Shown one piece after another: positions 59,634 through 64,000 of a stretch of 64,000 nt of DNA. The DNA is from an uncultured beta proteobacterium (lineage in GTDB: Bacteria; Pseudomonadota; Gammaproteobacteria; Burkholderiales; SG8-41): positions 60 to 64,059 of the forward strand of contig CALOEN010000002.1 of the NCBI GenBank assembly GCA_942492335.1, in the 5' to 3' direction. The notes below the pieces were generated by a model. The model saw only the letters and a list, made by a program, of their open reading frames with translations, was not told the origin of the DNA and did no database searches. A program made the position numbers and the translations under genes. Position 1 is the first letter of the stretch; every line of letters begins with the position of its first letter.

Positions 59634-61049
59634 TCAATAACGGTAGTGATCCGGTTTATAGGGCCCGTTGATGTCGATGTCAAGATAACGGCTTTGCGCC
59701 TCGGTCAGCGAGGTGAGCTGCACTCCGAGTTTTTTCAAATGCAGGCGCGCCACTTTCTCGTCGAGCTGCTTGGGCAGCACATAGACTTTTTTCTCGTACT
59801 TGCCGACGCTGGTATGGAGTTCGATCTGCGCCAGCACCTGGTTGGTGAACGAGTTGGACATGACGAAGCTCGGATGCCCGGTGGCGCACCCGAGGTTGAC
59901 CAGCCTGCCTTCGGCCAGCACGATCAGCCGCTTGCCGCTGGGGAAAATTACGTGATCGACTTGCGGCTTGATGTTTTCCCACTTGTATTGCCTGAGGCTG
60001 GCGATGTCGATCTCGGAGTCAAAGTGCCCGATGTTGCACACGATGGCGTTATTCTTCATCTTGACCATGTGGTCATGGGTGATGACGTTGAGGTTGCCGG
60101 TCGCGGTGACGAATATGTCGGCCATGCCGGCGGCTTCGTCCATGGTCACGACACGGTAACCCTCCATCGTTGCCTGCAGCGCGCAGATCGGGTCGATTTC
60201 GGTCACGCAGATGTTGGCCCCGAGCCCCCGCAATGACTGGGCGCAACCCTTGCCGACATCACCATAGCCGGCCACAACCGCAACCTTGCCGGCGATCATG
60301 ACGTCGGTGGCGCGCTTGATGCCGTCGACCAGCGATTCACGGCAGCCGTACAGATTGTCGAACTTCGACTTGGTCACCGAATCGTTGACGTTGATCGCGG
60401 GGAACGGGAGTTTCCCTTCCTTCTGCATCTGATAGAGCCGGTGCACGCCGGTGGTGGTCTCTTCGGTCACGCCGCGGATGGCGGCGAGGTTTTTCGAGTA
60501 CCAGCCGGGATGGGTCGCAAGACGTTTCTTGATCGCGCCGTAGAGCGCATGCTCTTCCTCGTTGGCCGGCTTGGCGATGACCGAAGGATCCTTCTCGGCC
60601 TTGGAGCCCAGAATCACCAACAGCGTCGCATCGCCGCCGTCGTCGAGAATCAGGTTGGGCGTGCCGCCGTCCGCCCACTCGAAAATGCGGTGCGTGAATT
60701 CCCAGTATTCCTCGAGGTTTTCGCCTTTGTGGGCGAACACGGGGACACCGGAGGCGGCGATGGCCGCGGCGGCGTGGTCCTGGGTCGAGTAGATATTGCA
60801 CGAGGCCCAGCGCACGTCTGCGCCGAGCGCGACCAGCGTCTCGATCAGCACCGCGGTCTGTATCGTCATATGCAGCGATCCGGCGATGCGCGCGCCCTTC
60901 AGCGGCAGCTGGCCTTTGTATTCCTCGCGTACCGCCATCAGTCCCGGCATCTCGGTTTCGGCGATGGCGATTTCCTTGCGGCCGAAGTCAGCCTGTTTGA
61001 TGTCGGCGACCTTGTAGTCGGCTTTGGCATTCATTACTGCTGCGTTCAT
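59634..61049 (-). CDS. ahcY: Adenosylhomocysteinase
   Basis: [31 protein letters not shown]-binding GYGDVGKG, C-terminal YRY. ATG 61047-61049 lies downstream of AGGAG. Confidence 0.96.
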   Translation of the reverse strand: MNAAVMNAKADYKVADIKQADFGRKEIAIAETEMPGLMAVREEYKGQLPLKGARIAGSLHMTIQTAVLIETLVALGADVRWASCNIYSTQDHAAAAIAASGVPVFAHKGENLEEYWEFTHRIFEWADGGTPNLILDDGGDATLLVILGSKAEKDPSVIAKPANEEEHALYGAIKKRLATHPGWYSKNLAAIRGVTEETTTGVHRLYQMQKEGKLPFPAINVNDSVTKSKFDNLYGCRESLVDGIKRATDVMIAGKVAVVAGYGDVGKGCAQSLRGLGANICVTEIDPICALQATMEGYRVVTMDEAAGMADIFVTATGNLNVITHDHMVKMKNNAIVCNIGHFDSEIDIASLRQYKWENIKPQVDHVIFPSGKRLIVLAEGRLVNLGCATGHPSFVMSNSFTNQVLAQIELHTSVGKYEKKVYVLPKQLDEKVARLHLKKLGVQLTSLTEAQSRYLDIDINGPYKPDHYRY

Positions 61050-61067
61050 GAAAAACTCCTGAATATT

Positions 61068-61137
61068 GGGGCGCGGTTCCATATGCAAGGCCGTATTCCG
61101 AGCCTGACCAGATGACCCTGGTTGCAGCGCCCCTCGG
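61068..61137 (-). promoter_or_regulatory. SAH riboswitch-like aptamer 2 (RBS-proximal)
   Basis: Minus-strand RNA CCGAGGGGCGCUGCAACCAGGGUCAUCUGGUCAGGCUCGGAAUACGGCCUUGCAUAUGGAACCGCGCCCC. P1 is GGGGCGC/GCGCCCC, P2 is ACCAG/CUGGU, the pseudoknot is CCGAG/CUCGG, and the conserved UGCAAC, CAGGCUCGG and AAC blocks are present. It ends 7 nt before AGGAG. Confidence 0.65.
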
Positions 61138-61150
61138 AAAATCGACCCAC

Positions 61151-61187
61151 AAAAAAATAGCGCTCGCACCGTGTCCGGTGCGAGCGC
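61151..61187 (-). terminator. Intrinsic terminator forming the expression platform of SAH aptamer 1
   Basis: GCGCUCGCACCG gaca CGGUGCGAGCGC followed by UAUUUUUUU. The 5' half of the stem shares GCGCUC with the aptamer P1 3' strand. Confidence 0.8.
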
Positions 61188-61253
61188 CGTTAATTCTTGC
61201 TGAGCCTGGCCGGCGCATGGGGCTATACCCCCGCCGGTCGCAACGCTCCTCAG
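61182..61253 (-). promoter_or_regulatory. SAH riboswitch aptamer 1
   Basis: Minus-strand RNA CUGAGGAGCGUUGCGACCGGCGGGGGUAUAGCCCCAUGCGCCGGCCAGGCUCAGCAAGAAUUAACGGCGCUC matches the SAH element consensus blocks GAGGAGCGyUGCGAC ... CAGGCUC ... AACGGCGCUC. It lies upstream of ahcY-metF, as is typical in beta- and gammaproteobacteria. Confidence 0.8.
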
Positions 61254-61280
61254 CAGTTGCTATTTTAACTCAAAATCCGG

Positions 61281-62444
61281 CTATATGCCCGCGTCCGCCT
61301 TGAGCACAGCAGCCTTATCCGTCGCCTCCCAGGTAAATTCCGGTTCATCGCGACCGAAATGGCCATGCGCGGCAGTCTTGGTGTAGATCGGGCGCAGCAG
61401 ATCCAGCGACAGGATGATGCCTTTGGGACGCAGATCGAAATGTTTTTCGACCAGCTTGGCGATTTTTTCCTCGCTGATCTTGCCGGTGCCGAAGGTCTCT
61501 ACCAGCACGCTCACGGGGCGCGCCACGCCGATGGCATAGGCAATCTGGATTTCACATTTCTTCGCCAGACCCGCTGCCACGATGTTTTTTGCAACATGGC
61601 GCGCAGCATAAGCCGCCGAGCGGTCGACCTTGGAGGGATCCTTGCCGGAAAACGCGCCGCCACCGTGTCGCGAGTAGCCGCCGTAGGTGTCCACGATAAT
61701 TTTTCGTCCTGTAAGCCCCGTGTCACCCATCGGACCGCCGATGACGAAGCGCCCGGTCGGGTTGATCAGATAACGCGTGTCCTTGGTGATCATGTTCTTC
61801 GGCAGCACCGGTTTGACGATTTCCTCGATCACCGCTTCGGTCAGCGGTTCGTGGGAAATCTCGGGATTGTGCTGGGTCGAAATCACCACGGTGTCGATGT
61901 GATGCGGCTTGCCGTCCACATAACGCACACTGACCTGGGACTTCGCATCGGGCCGCAGCCACGGCAGGCGGCCGTCTTTGCGCAGTTCGCTCTGGCGTTC
62001 CATCAGGCGGTGGGCGTAGAAAATCGGCATCGGCATCAACTGCGGCGTCTCGTCGCACGCAAAGCCGTACATGAGCCCCTGGTCACCCGCGCCCTGTTCG
62101 AGGTCCGTGCCCGTGCCTTCATTCACGCCTTGCGCGATGTCCGGAGACTGGCGGTCGAACGCGGTCAGCACCGCGCAGGTCTGGTAATCGAAGCCGACAT
62201 CGGAGCTGTCGTAACCTATGCGTTTGATGATGTCGCGCGCGATATCCGCGTAATCGATACGGGCCTCGGTCGTCACTTGTCCGGCCATCATCACGAGCCC
62301 GGTCGCCACCAGCGTTTCGGCGGCCACGCGGCCGTGCTTGTCCTGGGTCAGAATGGCATCGAGTACGGCATCGGAGATCTGATCAGCTACTTTATCGGGG
62401 TGGCCTTCGGAAACTGATTCGGACGTAAACAGGAAGTCGCTCAT
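61281..62444 (-). CDS. metK: S-adenosylmethionine synthetase
   Basis: [21 protein letters not shown] and GGGAFSGKD motifs; 387 aa. Confidence 0.97.
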   Translation of the reverse strand: MSDFLFTSESVSEGHPDKVADQISDAVLDAILTQDKHGRVAAETLVATGLVMMAGQVTTEARIDYADIARDIIKRIGYDSSDVGFDYQTCAVLTAFDRQSPDIAQGVNEGTGTDLEQGAGDQGLMYGFACDETPQLMPMPIFYAHRLMERQSELRKDGRLPWLRPDAKSQVSVRYVDGKPHHIDTVVISTQHNPEISHEPLTEAVIEEIVKPVLPKNMITKDTRYLINPTGRFVIGGPMGDTGLTGRKIIVDTYGGYSRHGGGAFSGKDPSKVDRSAAYAARHVAKNIVAAGLAKKCEIQIAYAIGVARPVSVLVETFGTGKISEEKIAKLVEKHFDLRPKGIILSLDLLRPIYTKTAAHGHFGRDEPEFTWEATDKAAVLKADAGI

Positions 62445-62515
62445 GGTGTGCGTTTCGTTAATTGAAAAAAGGCGCTTAGAATATCAGATAAGCTCCGATT
62501 TATAAAACAAAATCC

Positions 62516-63403
62516 ATGATAATCCCGTTGTTGCGACTGATCGCGCGGCTGCCGCTGGCGTGGCTGCACTGTGCCGGCGCCGCGTTGGGCTGGCTGGTCT
62601 ATCGGACCTCCCCCACCTATGCGGCGCGCCTCAGGGATAACCTTTTCTCCAGCGGGGTATGCACGGAAGCGGCGACCTGCGCGGTGCTGTTGCGCCAGGT
62701 CGTGGCGGAAACCGGAAAAGGCGCGGCCGAACTGATCGCGGTCTGGTTCGGTGCTGACGAACGTGTCGCGCAGTGGGTACGGTGCGACACCTGGCACGTC
62801 GTCGAGCAGGCCCAGCGCGGCGGCAAAGGACTGATATTCCTTACGCCGCATCTCGGATGTTTCGAAATATCCGCGCTCTATGGCGCACAGCGCCTGCCGA
62901 TTACCGTGCTCTATCGTCCGCCCAAACTGCGCTGGATAGAGCCGCTGATGGTCGCGGGCCGCAGCCGCTGGCAGTCGAACCTGGCGCCCGCGAGCCTGCG
63001 CGGCGTGCGCACGCTGTACAAGGCGTTGCAGCGCGGAGAAGCGGTAGGCCTGCTGCCGGATCAGGCGCCGGGCGTGGGCGAAGGCGCATGGGCTGATTTT
63101 TTTGGGCGCCCTGCCTATACCATGACGCTGGTGGCGCGGCTGCAAAAAGCCACGGGCGCGGCGGTGATCATGGCGTTTGCCGAGCGTTTGCCGCACGGCG
63201 CCGGTTACCATTTACATTTGCAACAGGTGCCGGATTCGGGTCTCGACGAGACCGCGCTCAATCGCGCGATCGAGGCGATTGTGCGCACCTGTCCTGCGCA
63301 GTATCTGTGGAGCTATAACCGTTACAAGGTGCCCGCAGGGGCGGAGAAACCAGGGATGAAGGGAATCAGGGATGAGGGCGGAAAGAGCGGGGATGAGGGA
63401 TGA
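62516..63403 (+). CDS. Lipid A biosynthesis (Kdo)2-lipid IVA acyltransferase (LpxL/HtrB family)
   Basis: HX4D/E motif TPHLGCFE and LPDQ. The C-terminal ~15 codons and the stop lie inside the GGGATGAG repeat array, so the true end is uncertain. Confidence 0.85.
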   Translation: MIIPLLRLIARLPLAWLHCAGAALGWLVYRTSPTYAARLRDNLFSSGVCTEAATCAVLLRQVVAETGKGAAELIAVWFGADERVAQWVRCDTWHVVEQAQRGGKGLIFLTPHLGCFEISALYGAQRLPITVLYRPPKLRWIEPLMVAGRSRWQSNLAPASLRGVRTLYKALQRGEAVGLLPDQAPGVGEGAWADFFGRPAYTMTLVARLQKATGAAVIMAFAERLPHGAGYHLHLQQVPDSGLDETALNRAIEAIVRTCPAQYLWSYNRYKVPAGAEKPGMKGIRDEGGKSGDEG

Positions 63404-63528
63404 GGGCAGAAGGATGAGGGTAACAGCGATGAATCTGGCGTGGCCAGCTAGTCGTAACATTCCCGATGACGAATCTGAGAAGGAACTTCGGTTTTTTTTC
63501 ATCCCTCATCCCTCATCCCTCATCCCTC
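63353..63528. repeat. Inverted heptamer/octamer array: GGGATGAA GGGAATCA GGGATGAG ... GGGATGAG GGATGAG GGCAGAA GGATGAG (63353-63421), ~78 nt core, 4 x CATCCCT (63500-63528)
   Basis: Read directly. It lies between the two acyltransferase genes, and a T8 run precedes the right arm. Confidence 0.92.
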
Positions 63529-63541
63529 GGAGCGAAGCGAC

Positions 63542-64000
63542 ATGACCCGTCTCGGCCTCGCCATCGTCTGGCTGCTGCGCTTTCTGCCGCTGGCATTGCT
63601 CGCACCCATCGGCCGCGCGATCGGCTTGCTGCTTTACCTGCTTGCACGCGAGCGCCGGCGTGTCACGCTCACCAATCTCCGCCTGTGCTTTCCCGGATTG
63701 AGCGATGCAAAGTACGCTCAATTGGCGCGACGCCATTTCCAGGTCTTCGGCAGAAGCTTCATCGAGCACGGCATTCTGTGGTGGTCATCGAAGGCGCGCA
63801 TACAGCGGTTGATCCGCCTCGAAGGTCTGGAACACTGGCAGGCAGTCGCCGGCCGGCCCGTCATCTGGCTTGCACCGCATTTCATCGGGCTCGACATGGG
63901 CGGTGTCCGCCTGAGTTCCGAATACCGGGCCACATCGCTTTACGCCCACCAGAAGAATCCGGTGTTCGATGCCATCCTGTATCACGGGCGCACGCGTTTC
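63542..64000 (+). CDS. Second lipid A late acyltransferase (LpxL/LpxM family); the 3' end lies outside the window
   Basis: The frame is open from ATG 63542 to the window end: MTRLGLAIVWLLRFLPLALLAPIGRAIGLLLYLLARERRRVTLTNLRLCFP...WLAPHFIGLDMGG (HX4D motif). Confidence 0.8.
   Translation, partial: MTRLGLAIVWLLRFLPLALLAPIGRAIGLLLYLLARERRRVTLTNLRLCFPGLSDAKYAQLARRHFQVFGRSFIEHGILWWSSKARIQRLIRLEGLEHWQAVAGRPVIWLAPHFIGLDMGGVRLSSEYRATSLYAHQKNPVFDAILYHGRTRF

Noticed and set aside
62445-62515. A SAM-responsive riboswitch upstream of metK.
   Set aside because: The leader is only ~70 nt, AT-rich, and has none of the conserved SAM-I, SAM-II or SAM-V blocks. It looks like a plain divergent promoter region shared with the acyltransferase gene.

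Overview
GC-rich chromosomal segment whose gene content and synteny look betaproteobacterial: glnA-DUF4124-ntrB-ntrC, pyrR-pyrB-pyrC', trkH-trkH-trkA, ppk1/ppk2/ppx/phoU, and metK-ahcY-metF with SAH riboswitches. It carries about 50 protein genes, almost all housekeeping. By eye I found no rRNA, tRNA, CRISPR array, integrase or transposase gene. I found no convincing new multi-gene system (defence, toxin or secretion). Six things stand out. (1) At least eleven intergenic arrays of tandem 7-8 nt units, most arranged as inverted arms around a unique core. Several sit inside operons and several contain the stop or start codon of the neighbouring gene. I do not recognise this as a described repeat family, so it is the best candidate for something undescribed. 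(2) A ~370 nt tract of almost pure G/A (G runs up to 18 nt) lies inside a dihaem cytochrome c gene. It is either an assembly or base-calling artefact or a hypermutable G-quadruplex-type insertion. (3) A 0.68 kb non-coding element is bounded by perfect 24-25 bp terminal inverted repeats and a TTA duplication (MITE-like). (4) Conserved genes carry an unusual number of frame disruptions: at least 11 in at least 8 genes, many at short homopolymers. This points to consensus indel errors rather than true pseudogenes, so every start, stop and pseudogene call here is less reliable. (5) A compact polyphosphate gene cluster (yggX, ppk1, CYTH-CHAD, sixA, two-domain ppk2, ppx, phoU). (6) Two SAH-riboswitch-like aptamers in tandem upstream of ahcY. 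All calls come from reading the sequence and ORF translations; no database search was run.
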